Counted from the first letter of the stretch, positions 1 to 8,766 are shown. The stretch is 64,000 nt of DNA from an uncultured Gammaproteobacteria bacterium (GCA_964360785.1 CAYHXX010000001.1:138549-202548); one strand, 5' to 3'. The notes: generated by a model from the letters alone, not told the origin. Numbers and translations: made by a program.

Positions 1-470
1 GTTTCTCCAGAATGGTTTTCAAAACCCACCATTTTATCTTTCAAAAAATCAACTTCCATTACCAGGTTTCCCATCATGCGTGTGTTGCTCGCGCGGGTAG
101 CAATATCAAGTATTCCCAACCCCTCGGTCTCTTGGCCACTACTGTCGCGATAATAAAGCCCAAACAGTTGGTAGCCTCCACAAACACCCAGGAAAACCTT
201 ACTCTCTTGCGCCTCATTCTGAAGAAATTTCTTTTTCTCTTTTAGATCTTCACCAACAGTCGTTTGTGCAGTATCCTGGCCACCACCAAAAAAATAGAGG
301 TCAGTCCAATTTTCCTTAGGCTTATCCTTTAACCTAACCTCATCGATATTTACCTCAATGCCGCGCCACTCACAGCGTTTTTTGAGTGTAAGTATGTTAC
401 CCCGATCTCCATAGGTACTCATTTCTTTTGGATACAGCCACGTGATATTTAGATGCATTTTCTCGTTCAT
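1..470 (-). CDS. gatD: Lipid II isoglutaminyl synthase glutamine amidotransferase subunit GatD (CobQ-like GATase). The N-terminal 156 aa are present and the C-terminus is cut by the window start.
   Basis: Minus-strand translation from the ATG at 470 gives MNEKMHLNITWLYPKEMSTYGDRGNILTLK..., with a CobB/CobQ-like type-1 glutamine amidotransferase pattern. The gene sits immediately downstream of murT (stop at 473) in the usual murT-gatD arrangement. The plus-strand ORF 12..245 is its antisense. Confidence 0.6.
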   Translation of the reverse strand, partial: MNEKMHLNITWLYPKEMSTYGDRGNILTLKKRCEWRGIEVNIDEVRLKDKPKENWTDLYFFGGGQDTAQTTVGEDLKEKKKFLQNEAQESKVFLGVCGGYQLFGLYYRDSSGQETEGLGILDIATRASNTRMMGNLVMEVDFLKDKMVGFENHSGE

Positions 471-472
471 AG

Positions 473-1846
473 TTAGTCCTCCCAAAATTCCCCACCGATT
501 TTTTTCTTGGCAAATAGTTTTTTAATTTCTAGCAGGGCGGTATAGGTTGGTACGACAGTAAATGTTTCGGTTTCTTTTGTCTGCTTTAACCCAGTCTCAA
601 GCGCCTCAAATGTTGAATCAAAAGTTTGAAAATCCGCAATACCAGCATATTTTAGCCTCAATCCCATATCTGTTGCACGCAGTCCAGAAACTAACAAATT
701 GTTATTTTTTCCGGTTAAATCTTCAAAATTAACATCCCAAAGCCAGGAAACATCCCTACCATCCGCGATCTTATCGTTAATTGAGATCAGTATGGTTTGG
801 TTCCCCTCCTTCAAAAAGGTACGGATTATTTCGTTGAAACCAGTTGGATTTTTGGCTAGTGCTACCAAAATATGCTTATTATCGATCTTAAAGCGTTCCC
901 CCCGACCGAATACTGAACTAAATTCACTTATAACTTCTGGAAATTTGTCCAAGCCTAGATTTAATGACTCCAAAGTAGCGTAGGCAGCTAGAGAATTATA
1001 GATGTTGTAAATACCAGCAAGGTTTGACTTTAGAGTAATTGTTTTCTTTTCGGAACCTTTTAGTTCAAAATTAGTTACCTTTTCAAGGATCTCAATATTA
1101 TTAGCCTCGATATTTGGCTTAGGTCGACAAAAAGCGCACTTAGGACATGAGTAATCACCTTGGTGAGAGCTGTAAAAATGTTTATATTCAAGTTTTGTCT
1201 GACATTTAGGGCAAGTATCGCTATCCATCGCCTTGGGGGTTTCCAATAGTCTCACTGAAGGATCATTTATTCCAAAATAAATCACTTTACAGGAAGTGTT
1301 TTCACCAAGATGAGCGATTGCCGGGTCGTCTGCGTTTAGAACCAAAGTAGTCTCTGAATCGAGGCCGCCAAAAGCTTTCTCCCAGAGTCTCTTGATATTG
1401 TCTATTTCACCATAACGATCGAGCTGGTCTCGAAATAGATTGGTTAGGACGATTACACTTGGTTTTAATTTGGGGATAACATTGCTCAGCACTGCCTCAT
1501 CCACTTCGAACAAGGCTGTCTTATACTTTAAATTTCCAACCAGATTAACGTTTTGCAGTTGGGTACTTACCAAACCTCTTTCTAGGTTTGAGCCGTGCCG
1601 GTTGTGAATATATCCGATTCCTTCTTTTTCGAGTAGATTTCCAATTAAACGAGCTGTAGTAGTCTTACCGTTGGTTCCGGAAACCAAAATCGTCCTCTCC
1701 AGACCCTTTGAGAGCTTCAATAAAGCATTTTTGTCAAGATATAGGCTATAGAGGCCTGGTGCTGCAGTAGCCCCGCCCCCTTTGAGCTTAATTAGCTGTT
1801 TTGCTGATTTGCCGACTAGAATTGAAAATAAAAGCTGTGGATCCAC
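473..1846 (-). CDS. murT: Mur ligase family protein MurT (lipid II isoglutaminyl synthase ligase subunit)
   Basis: Mur ligase central domain with P-loop GTNGKTTT; Cys4 zinc ribbon CPKC...CPKC; C-terminal DUF1727-like region; adjacent to gatD. Confidence 0.75.
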   Translation of the reverse strand: MDPQLLFSILVGKSAKQLIKLKGGGATAAPGLYSLYLDKNALLKLSKGLERTILVSGTNGKTTTARLIGNLLEKEGIGYIHNRHGSNLERGLVSTQLQNVNLVGNLKYKTALFEVDEAVLSNVIPKLKPSVIVLTNLFRDQLDRYGEIDNIKRLWEKAFGGLDSETTLVLNADDPAIAHLGENTSCKVIYFGINDPSVRLLETPKAMDSDTCPKCQTKLEYKHFYSSHQGDYSCPKCAFCRPKPNIEANNIEILEKVTNFELKGSEKKTITLKSNLAGIYNIYNSLAAYATLESLNLGLDKFPEVISEFSSVFGRGERFKIDNKHILVALAKNPTGFNEIIRTFLKEGNQTILISINDKIADGRDVSWLWDVNFEDLTGKNNNLLVSGLRATDMGLRLKYAGIADFQTFDSTFEALETGLKQTKETETFTVVPTYTALLEIKKLFAKKKIGGEFWED

Positions 1847-1882
1847 TTTCTGATTTTATCATAAGTGGAGGTCACAACAAGT

Positions 1883-2455
1883 TTACTTGAAGTTGCTGAT
1901 TTCAAGTTGATATTTAGCTACACGCAACGTCCAAGTTGGGCTTGCAGCATACATCCTGCCGATTCTAGCTGGGGTAATTTCTCCAGTAGGAGCGTAGCGA
2001 GTACGCAAACCATTTGCAACTACTTCATTGGCATTTTCCCAGTTACCAAAACGGTAGTTCCCATTATTCCAACCATAAGGGTTGAATGAGAAAGCTGGAA
2101 TTTGTTTTCCGAGTTGGGACTCAAGCTTTGCAATAGCTGGAAGCAGTGTCCAATCAATATCATATTTGTCAGCTACCGCGACAAAGTTCTCGGCTTTTCC
2201 AACAAAAGGAGAAGAATTTGCAGCAAAGTAGCTCTCTAGCCTCTCAGCACGGTTATCTTTTGTTGCCACAACAGTAGCAACCATTACGTATTGAGGTTTA
2301 GAAGGTATGGAAATTTGCGGCTTTGTAACCGCTTCTGGAGAAGTGCTATTTTCAATTGTGGGACTGACTGCCATCACAAACAGAACGATGGCAACCAAAG
2401 CAGTGATCCGTTGAAGTGTTTTCAACATATCTCTCCCCACACAAAGCCACGACAA
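1883..2455 (-). CDS. Secreted or membrane-anchored lysozyme-like protein (transglycosylase/glucosaminidase-like). Paralog of 2604..3215.
   Basis: N-terminal hydrophobic anchor. The motif ADKYDIDWTLLPAIAKLESQLGK...NPYGWNNG matches AADKYGLDYRLLPAIAFQESTLGK...NAWGW in the neighbouring gene; E-S catalytic-like motif. Family assignment is tentative. Confidence 0.4.
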   Translation of the reverse strand: MSWLCVGRDMLKTLQRITALVAIVLFVMAVSPTIENSTSPEAVTKPQISIPSKPQYVMVATVVATKDNRAERLESYFAANSSPFVGKAENFVAVADKYDIDWTLLPAIAKLESQLGKQIPAFSFNPYGWNNGNYRFGNWENANEVVANGLRTRYAPTGEITPARIGRMYAASPTWTLRVAKYQLEISNFK

Positions 2456-2603
2456 GAGTAATAGACTTTTGTAGTGGTAGGTTGCAGGGGAGAAGGTGTG
2501 GACCCACCAGCTGGCGGATCACAAAAAAATTTGTCCCGATATTGGGGCAAATTACTACGTAATTATATCCTATATTTATCAAGAAGTCAATTATTGGGTC
2601 AAA

Positions 2604-3215
2604 TTACCTTGGTGTCATCTCATCCATGGCAAAGCTAACTCCAAAGGCCCAGGAACCATCAGGGCTGTCCGCGTAGCGTGTCATGATTGTTTCTGGCGTG
2701 TGCAATCCTCGATCGATATAATCAAACTTAAGTCCCTTGGCTACAGTTTCAATAGCTTGTGACCAGTCGCGAAACGCAGCTCCTGATTGCGCTCCGGTAT
2801 AAATTGCCCAACCCCAAGCATTGTGTGAGTTTCTGGGAATATTCTTTCCGAGAGTTGATTCTTGAAAAGCAATCGCAGGTAGGAGTCGATAATCAAGCCC
2901 ATATTTGTCAGCAGCAGAGACAAAAACTGTCCCCAACCCAGACATTGGTGAGCGGTGTTTGGCCAGGAAGTTGTCGACGATTACAGGTCGAGTATCTCCC
3001 TTCCCTACAGCTGCGAGAACTTGGGTGTTATTTGAATTTTGCGTGTAGTAGCTATCAATTGGGGAATTTACTAGATTTTTGCTTTCAGTAGTACCTGGTT
3101 GTTTTGAAATTCTAGTTTCGGCTGCACTGGCGTTTTTGAGGACGATGAAGACAAGCAATACAAAACCAACCAAAATAAAGATGAATGCAGAAACAAATAG
3201 CAGGCTTTTAGACAT
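2604..3215 (-). CDS. Secreted or membrane-anchored lysozyme-like protein, tandem paralog of 1883..2455
   Basis: Signal/TM N-terminus MSKSLLFVSAFIFILVGFVLLVFIVL; conserved LLPAIAFQES block shared with the neighbour. Confidence 0.4.
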   Translation of the reverse strand: MSKSLLFVSAFIFILVGFVLLVFIVLKNASAAETRISKQPGTTESKNLVNSPIDSYYTQNSNNTQVLAAVGKGDTRPVIVDNFLAKHRSPMSGLGTVFVSAADKYGLDYRLLPAIAFQESTLGKNIPRNSHNAWGWAIYTGAQSGAAFRDWSQAIETVAKGLKFDYIDRGLHTPETIMTRYADSPDGSWAFGVSFAMDEMTPR

Positions 3216-3400
3216 TCGCCTTCTAATTTAGACTATGTGAAAAACTTTGTCAAAGGAGCTTTCGAGTTTCAAACAGGGTGTTTCTGACCTCACTAGCATC
3301 ACTAATTCTGCCAAAATTTGGTAATTAGCTCCTTATACAGTATAATGTGTGATTGAAAGGAGGTACAGGTAGATTTTATTAATAAATCTACATAATAAAT

Positions 3401-3598
3401 ATGAACGGAACAATTAAAACAAAGACAGAAAAAGGATTTGGGTTTATTTCTCGTGAAGGAGAATCAAAAGATCTTTTTTTCCACTCTAATGATTTAGTCG
3501 ATGTTTCTTTTGACGCACTTGAAGTTGGCGCGGCAGTTACATTTGATGTTGTTGATGGTCAAAAAGGTCCAAGTGCAAAGAATGTAAAACTTGCCTAA
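3401..3598 (+). CDS. cspA: Cold-shock protein, CspA family
   Basis: 65 aa, with RNP motifs KGFGFI and FFHSN; upstream extended -10 box and SD AAAGGAGG. Confidence 0.9.
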   Translation: MNGTIKTKTEKGFGFISREGESKDLFFHSNDLVDVSFDALEVGAAVTFDVVDGQKGPSAKNVKLA

Positions 3599-3617
3599 CC
3601 TTAGTTGACAATACATT

Positions 3618-3651
3618 ACAAAAAGGCCTTGCTTCAAGCAAGGTTTTTTTG
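3618..3651. terminator. Bidirectional rho-independent terminator shared by cspA (+) and a small minus-strand ORF
   Basis: Hairpin CCTTGCT-TCA-AGCAAGG preceded by an A-run and followed by TTTTTTT. Confidence 0.7.
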
Positions 3652-3680
3652 TGCTCATTTACTTAAGAATTTTGGAAACT

Positions 3681-3788
3681 CTATTTAGCCTTTTGGTCTA
3701 GAAATGCTTTTTTAATTGCAAGTCTTTTGGCTGTTTTGTGTGAATGGGTTCTTCGACTTTTACCAACACCAGTTGCTCTTTTTGCCAT
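3681..3788 (-). CDS. Small basic protein (35 aa), possibly ribosomal-protein-like. It is below the 60-aa ORF cutoff.
   Basis: Manual translation gives MAKRATGVGKSRRTHSHKTAKRLAIKKAFLDQKAK, a very basic sequence reminiscent of small r-proteins (L28/L32-like pattern GK..R..SH..TAKR). It is convergent with cspA on the shared terminator. There is a TATAAT box just upstream but no clear SD. Confidence 0.3.
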   Translation of the reverse strand: MAKRATGVGKSRRTHSHKTAKRLAIKKAFLDQKAK

Positions 3789-3823
3789 AGACCGCATTAT
3801 ACACTAATCCGTAAATTTTCAAT

Positions 3824-3856
3824 AAAAAAGGCGGCCATTTGTAAAAATGTACCGCC
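3824..3856 (-). terminator. Rho-independent terminator downstream of the NMO-like gene
   Basis: On the minus strand: GGCGG-N17-CCGCC followed by TTTTTT. Confidence 0.6.
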
Positions 3857-3915
3857 TGCCAAAGTTCTCTCTTGATTTCTCTGTCTAAGTAACCACGGTT
3901 TTGCACGTAAGATCC

Positions 3916-5343
3916 TCAAACTAGGATTGAACGAATGACATCTTCCGCAGAATACGAGCCGTCAGGGTTGATCAGCGGAAGGTCTCGGAAGCTCTGGTCC
4001 TTTCCAAGTGTGACGATTTTACCCACGTAAGGTAGCTCTGGACTTATCCCGTCCTTGGCCGTTGCTGACAACGCCTTACAGATACAAACCCTGCCTTCCG
4101 TGTCCTCAACTTTTCCACCTTTCTTGACGAAGACCTTGATCGGCTCCGCCGGACACCGAAACAGCTTACCACCACCCTTCATTTCGTGCGCTTCTACCAT
4201 GTAACCGTGGTCACATGTCCTTTCCATATTATCGAGGACCTTCCGATCGTATAATGTCCCAGGTAACTGCACCACCTGAAAAGGAAATCCTGATGGAGAG
4301 ACAGTCGGATTGGCCATCACAAGTATTGTTCCTGAAATGATCTGCTTTCGTATCTCTGTCTTGATATCGGGAAGCATTCCGGATTCGTTGCAAAGAGCAA
4401 AGGCAGATCCGACCTGCACACCGGTAGCTCCGAGCCTTAGTGCTTCAGCGTACTTTTCCGGAGTTCCATATCCGCCTGCTAGCCAGAACGGTTTTCCCAA
4501 AGCGCGAATCTTGTCCAGATCCGGTTCGTCCCGCTTTCCGTAGACCGGTTCTCCGTTTGCGTCGATCTCCTTCCCTCGCGCCGGCGCGTTGTGTCCTCCT
4601 GCCATCGGTCCCTCGACCACAAAGCCGTCGATTTCTCCCGACGCTCTCGTAGCAAGTGCCTTAGCCAGCGCATCGTGCGAGACGACTGCCAAGAACCTTG
4701 GACGAGTCAGTGGTTTTCGGTACGCTTCCGGAACAAACGTCTTTGGGTCAAATGGCAGTACGTAGTTGTCTCCTCCGGCAACGTCGAGTCTGTAGGAGGT
4801 TTCCTTCCACTCTGCAAGAGAGTCCAACACCCCTGGAACTTGGTTTGGTATCCCAGCGCCCATCAAGACGTAGTCGACACCGGCGAGCATCGCACCGAAA
4901 AACTCGGGTAGATGTGTCAGCTGAATTTTTTCGAGCCAATTGATCCCAATCGGTCTACTGTGACCCTGTTTTGCCAGCCAGACCTCCATGAAGTTAGCAA
5001 CCACGATCATTCGTATCAGAGCGGCCTTTTTCTTCTCAGTACCAGTGACGAGAATCTCCGGTTTGGAAGGTAGCTTGGAGTCAGGATTTAGCCAGTGCTC
5101 CTCAATTATTTCCTGGGCCATCCTGGGAACAGGAAAAGCTTCAAGAGCGGCTCTTGTATCAAGGTCTCCTCTGCGCAACCTGTTAACCATCGTAAGCGCA
5201 AGTCCTATTCCGGAAACCACACCTAGTACCCGCTTATCAAGCTTTTCTCCTGCGACTGCAACTGCGTGTGCCAGTTCCCAGTTCGATATTCCTACTCCCA
5301 TTCCACCCTGAATCAGTTCTGGGTTGGGGTAACCTGTGCTCAC
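3916..5343 (-). CDS. Nitronate monooxygenase (NMO/2-nitropropane dioxygenase) family FMN-dependent oxidoreductase with a Cys-rich C-terminal extension
   Basis: N-terminal QGGMGVGIS and the GATGVQVGSAF motif typical of the NMO family. 475 aa. GC content is clearly higher (~50-55%) than the flanking DNA. Confidence 0.6.
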   Translation of the reverse strand: MSTGYPNPELIQGGMGVGISNWELAHAVAVAGEKLDKRVLGVVSGIGLALTMVNRLRRGDLDTRAALEAFPVPRMAQEIIEEHWLNPDSKLPSKPEILVTGTEKKKAALIRMIVVANFMEVWLAKQGHSRPIGINWLEKIQLTHLPEFFGAMLAGVDYVLMGAGIPNQVPGVLDSLAEWKETSYRLDVAGGDNYVLPFDPKTFVPEAYRKPLTRPRFLAVVSHDALAKALATRASGEIDGFVVEGPMAGGHNAPARGKEIDANGEPVYGKRDEPDLDKIRALGKPFWLAGGYGTPEKYAEALRLGATGVQVGSAFALCNESGMLPDIKTEIRKQIISGTILVMANPTVSPSGFPFQVVQLPGTLYDRKVLDNMERTCDHGYMVEAHEMKGGGKLFRCPAEPIKVFVKKGGKVEDTEGRVCICKALSATAKDGISPELPYVGKIVTLGKDQSFRDLPLINPDGSYSAEDVIRSILV

Positions 5344-5487
5344 CTTAACCTCCTTGAATTCCGTAGTAAATATTCTACACTATTTGAAACAGCAGATATA
5401 AACACGTGGGTAGAAGGGTATTAATTATTTTTGCTTAAAGTACATATTTAGTCCAACTAACGCCACAAATCTGATATATTTAAGTCA

Positions 5488-6231
5488 ATGGAATCAGTTT
5501 GGATTTTCTTAATCGCAGTTTTCGCCACCACAATAAGCTCAATGTCTGGTGGTGGTGCTTCAGTGATAGCACTACCTATCTTCTTAACACTTGGCATTTC
5601 ATTCCCCATGGCCACAGCCATGTTGCAATTAAACTCTAGTTTTTGGGTTCTACCTTCCGCTTACAACTTTGCTAAAGGGAGAAAGATCCAGTGGCCATTT
5701 TTGCTTTTCTTTGCGGCCGTAGGAACGATTGGTTCTTACTTTGGTGTACTGGCTGTGACAAGTGTTGATCAAAAAATATTGGCAAGGGTTGTTGGCTTAG
5801 CCATCATAATTCTCATTCTTTTTATTAACTTCAAAAAAGATATTGGAATAGAAGAGCATGTAGTACGTTCAAAGTTAAAGGAAAGACTGATCTATCTCTT
5901 TTCCCTACCAATGGGTTTCTATGAAGCTTTGTTTGGCTCTGGAAATGGTTTATTTTTCACTGTTATAGCATCCTATTTCAAAGGGTTTGATTTTATTGAT
6001 TCCCTAGCCCACTACTACACTATTTCTTTTCCATGGGCTCTCTTAGCTGCCTTGATCTTAATGTTTAAGGGTTACTTTAATTTAAGCTTAATGTTGCCCG
6101 CGGTCTTGGGAGCATTGGTTGGAGGGTTTGTTGGTTCGAAGTACGCTCGCCTAAAAGGTAACAGGTTTATTAAAATGGCCTTTACTGTTGTAGGGATCAT
6201 TCTTGGCTTAAAACTACTTCTAAATCTATAA
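5488..6231 (+). CDS. TauE/SafE (TSUP) family sulfite/anion exporter-like membrane protein
   Basis: Multi-TM protein; the motif SGGGASVIALPIFL is typical of DUF81/TSUP. Confidence 0.55.
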   Translation: MESVWIFLIAVFATTISSMSGGGASVIALPIFLTLGISFPMATAMLQLNSSFWVLPSAYNFAKGRKIQWPFLLFFAAVGTIGSYFGVLAVTSVDQKILARVVGLAIIILILFINFKKDIGIEEHVVRSKLKERLIYLFSLPMGFYEALFGSGNGLFFTVIASYFKGFDFIDSLAHYYTISFPWALLAALILMFKGYFNLSLMLPAVLGALVGGFVGSKYARLKGNRFIKMAFTVVGIILGLKLLLNL

Positions 6232-6233
6232 TA

Positions 6234-6388
6234 ATTCAAACCCTGTTTGGAGTAGATGGAAAATTGAGGCTAAAAGACATGGAGCACCAGAGCGGACATT
6301 AATAGAACTTTTCAATGTTGTCAAACAAGCCCCCTATCCTTTACTAATTCTTAAAGAAACTAATTTCCTACTACAATTCTCTAAATAG
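6234..6388 (+). repeat. Direct repeat R1 (~155 bp). Imperfect copy of R2 at 7186..7351. It begins with a tRNA-3'-end-like sequence.
   Basis: The segment ccctgtttggagtagatggaaaattgaggctaaaagacatggagcaccagagcggaca... aligns with R2 at roughly 70% identity and shares the end ...ctatag/aaatag. Confidence 0.7.
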
Positions 6389-6431
6389 TTTGCTATATCA
6401 GAGTATAATAATGGCATCGGACGTTTCGTAG

Positions 6432-7055
6432 TTGGCTGAAAAGCCAGAAAGTGAGAGAGCTGTGGGTACCACAGAGAGCTCAATGACCACCAGGCAGATG
6501 GCCCAACTGGTCACGTTGGCCGCAGAGGCGATCGCCTCGGCTGACCTGTCCAAGAGGACCGCCCAGAGAAAAATCGAGGATGCCGCTCAAACCAAGGAGG
6601 GGATCATCGACACTCTGGTTTTCGGAGATGGCCACTGGTCCCGTAGTCAAATGGAGGAAGCCGCCGAACGGTTGATCCGTGACCGCGGGTTCTACTTCCC
6701 CCTCGCGAGTCGTGAAGAACTTGAAAAGCTGGGGAGGTTGCAGCTTCGATACGTGGCCCGTGCAATCAGTCTATGGGGTTCTGTCCACTATTCGTGGCAG
6801 ATCTACCTTCTGAAAAATGGACGCCTTGCCGCGGACGTCACGAACATAACACGGAGTTATGGAGAAGCTTTGGCGGAGGCGGCAGAACTCGTCAAACTGG
6901 AGGTTGAGAGAGGAATGATCCATTACACCTCCGTGGTGTACGAGATGAAGACAGATGAGTTTGGCGAGCCGCTGGTAGAGGTTGGGTACCGAGTCAATTC
7001 ACACCCCTCCCCCTTTATGTGCTTCGTCATCCGCCGGATGCAACACAGAAATTAG
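6432..7055 (+). CDS. Hypothetical protein, GC-rich foreign-looking gene flanked by R1 and R2
   Basis: 207-aa ORF with no recognisable motif; GC ~55% against a ~38% background. Confidence 0.4.
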   Translation: MAEKPESERAVGTTESSMTTRQMAQLVTLAAEAIASADLSKRTAQRKIEDAAQTKEGIIDTLVFGDGHWSRSQMEEAAERLIRDRGFYFPLASREELEKLGRLQLRYVARAISLWGSVHYSWQIYLLKNGRLAADVTNITRSYGEALAEAAELVKLEVERGMIHYTSVVYEMKTDEFGEPLVEVGYRVNSHPSPFMCFVIRRMQHRN

Positions 7056-7106
7056 TTTGGGATTAAGGAGACCAGAGATCGGCAGTCGCTTCCTGCGACC
7101 GCCTTT

Positions 7107-7175
7107 CCCCAAGCAAACCAAGAGATTGGTTTTCTTAGGACAAGTAACTAGCTGAAAGGCTAGTTTTTTGTTGGT
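7107..7175 (+). terminator. Terminator-like double-hairpin repeat module, copy 1
   Basis: AACCAAGAGATTGGTT hairpin, then TTAGGACAA, then AACTAGCTGAAAGGCTAGTT hairpin plus TTTTTTG. The same module occurs at 8621..8668 and inverted at 37264..37333. Confidence 0.65.
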
Positions 7176-7185
7176 TAAATTAGTT

Positions 7186-7351
7186 TCAAAGTTCGAATCC
7201 CTGTCTGGAGAAAGTGGAAATTTGTGGCTAAAGCCTATGGAGCTCCAGAGCGGACACTACTAGAACTCTTAAGTGCTGTAAAGCAAATACAATACCCAAA
7301 CTTAGTTTTAAATGAAAGTACTTATCTTCTGAACCTAATCTCAGTCCTATA
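7186..7351 (+). repeat. Direct repeat R2. It starts with GTTCGAATCCCTGTC, identical to the T-arm/acceptor region of tRNA-Gln(CTG).
   Basis: The 15-mer gttcgaatccctgtc at 7191-7205 equals the sense sequence of the tRNA-Gln(CTG) 3' region at 10571-10585 (minus strand). The rest aligns with R1. Confidence 0.7.
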
Positions 7352-7426
7352 GTATTGACTTGCTGACCTATTTCTGCTATGATTTAAGTATCAATCTGGC
7401 CAAAATAGCCTAGAAGGAGCGAGACC

Positions 7427-8164
7427 GTGCAGAGCCGAACCATCGTGGTCAACGGCACACGAATTCGGTGCCTTTTAGGAGGTAGTGAGTTCAACCCAGT
7501 AGTTGTCCTTTTGCACGGATGGGCGATGGCCTCGTCCGTCTACAAGCACTTAGGAGATCTACTGTCGGAAGGGCACTTTGTCATCATTCCTGACCTACCT
7601 GGTTTTGGAAGAAGTGACAAAGTATCGCCAGTACAGTTCGAGAAGTTTGCAGCGATTCTCGATGACCTGCTAGAACAATTGGGTCTTTCAAAAGTCTCTC
7701 TGGTCGCTCACTCAATGGGCGGTGCAGTAGCGATTAAGATGGCTCAGAAGTTCCCCAAGCGGGTCGAGAAGGTTATTCTGGTAGATAGTATGGGTGAGAT
7801 GGTTAACCGAGGCTTAATCGGTTGGGCAATTGCCGCCATCTACAAAACACTCCGCAGTCTATCAGTAGATCACCTTCGAGCTGTTACTAGGGTTGTTACC
7901 ATCTGTGCCTTGAACTGTTTGAAACGTCCCTTGTGGATGTGGCAGACGTTCAGGCTAACGATTGGAACAGACCTGGTAGCGGTACTCAAAACTGTCAAAA
8001 CCGAGACACACTTGGTATGGGCAGATAAAGATGAGTACTTCCCTTCCTGTCAGAGAATGGCTTCGGCAATCAACACCCAGCCGATTATCATTCCAAAAGC
8101 AGGACACGATTGGATAATTCTAGAGCCAGTTGCCGCAGCACAGATAATTAAGCAACTACTCTAG
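7427..8164 (+). CDS. Alpha/beta hydrolase fold protein
   Basis: HGW oxyanion motif and nucleophile elbow AHSMGG; GC-rich relative to the host background. Confidence 0.6.
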   Translation: MQSRTIVVNGTRIRCLLGGSEFNPVVVLLHGWAMASSVYKHLGDLLSEGHFVIIPDLPGFGRSDKVSPVQFEKFAAILDDLLEQLGLSKVSLVAHSMGGAVAIKMAQKFPKRVEKVILVDSMGEMVNRGLIGWAIAAIYKTLRSLSVDHLRAVTRVVTICALNCLKRPLWMWQTFRLTIGTDLVAVLKTVKTETHLVWADKDEYFPSCQRMASAINTQPIIIPKAGHDWIILEPVAAAQIIKQLL

Positions 8165-8279
8165 CGTCTTCTATCTTATGGACTAGAAAACCATAAGGGA
8201 GTTCTTACGAAAAGAACTAAGTTTCCCAATCAAAAACCTCTAATGTCCAGCTGACCGTAAGGTCGAGGAGGAAACTGTA

Positions 8280-8504
8280 ATGACCGAAGCACTTATTCTT
8301 GCGGCTCTAAGCATCTCACCAGCTGGACCCGTGATCGGTACAGCGGAGTTCGTTAGCGGAATAGCCTGGATCATATTGTGGTTCTCAGCCGTCACTCTGG
8401 TAACTTCTGGTCGGGGTGATAAAGGGTGGATATCCTTCCAATCTGGGTGGGTAGCGATGCTAGTCTTTTTGGTCCTTGCGATCGTTCAGGTTGCCCAAAG
8501 TTAG
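8280..8504 (+). CDS. Small membrane protein, hypothetical
   Basis: 74 aa with two predicted TM helices; GC-rich. Confidence 0.3.
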   Translation: MTEALILAALSISPAGPVIGTAEFVSGIAWIILWFSAVTLVTSGRGDKGWISFQSGWVAMLVFLVLAIVQVAQS

Positions 8505-8620
8505 CCGAACCTAAAATCGAAGAATGAAGCAAGTTGAGTAGGGGTAATTCTGTGGCCACTCCTTAAGATCAAAGCAATTTGATCAAGGCCATTTCCCCGA
8601 ATTAATCTAAGTTAGGTTAA

Positions 8621-8668
8621 TTTAGGACAACAAACTAGCTGAAAGGCTAGTTTTTTGTTGGTTAAAAT
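8621..8668 (+). terminator. Terminator-like hairpin repeat module, copy 2
   Basis: ttaggacaacaaACTAGCTGAAAGGCTAGTTTTTTGTTGGTTAAA, nearly identical to 7131-7180. Confidence 0.6.
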
Positions 8669-8691
8669 TGATTATTTTGAAGCTAAAACCG

Positions 8692-8766
8692 TGGAGCGCG
8701 AGAAGGGGTTCGAACCCTCGACCTCTTCCTTGGCAAGGAAGCGTTCTACCGCTGAACTACTCGCGC
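8692..8766 (-). tRNA. tRNA-Gly(GCC)
   Basis: GCGCGAGTAGTTCAGCGGTAGAACGCTTCCTTGCCAAGGAAGAGGTCGAGGGTTCGAACCCCTTCTCGCGCTCCA. Cloverleaf with anticodon loop TTGCCAA; CCA is encoded. Confidence 0.85.

Noticed and set aside
12-245. Plus-strand 77-aa ORF at the window start
   Set aside because: It is antisense to a well-supported GatD coding sequence on the minus strand (1-470). Its low-complexity composition makes it an artefact.
6232-8690. Integron-style cassette array
   Set aside because: No intI-like integrase or attI site is present, and the repeats look tRNA-derived. A decayed tRNA-targeting integrative element is a simpler explanation.
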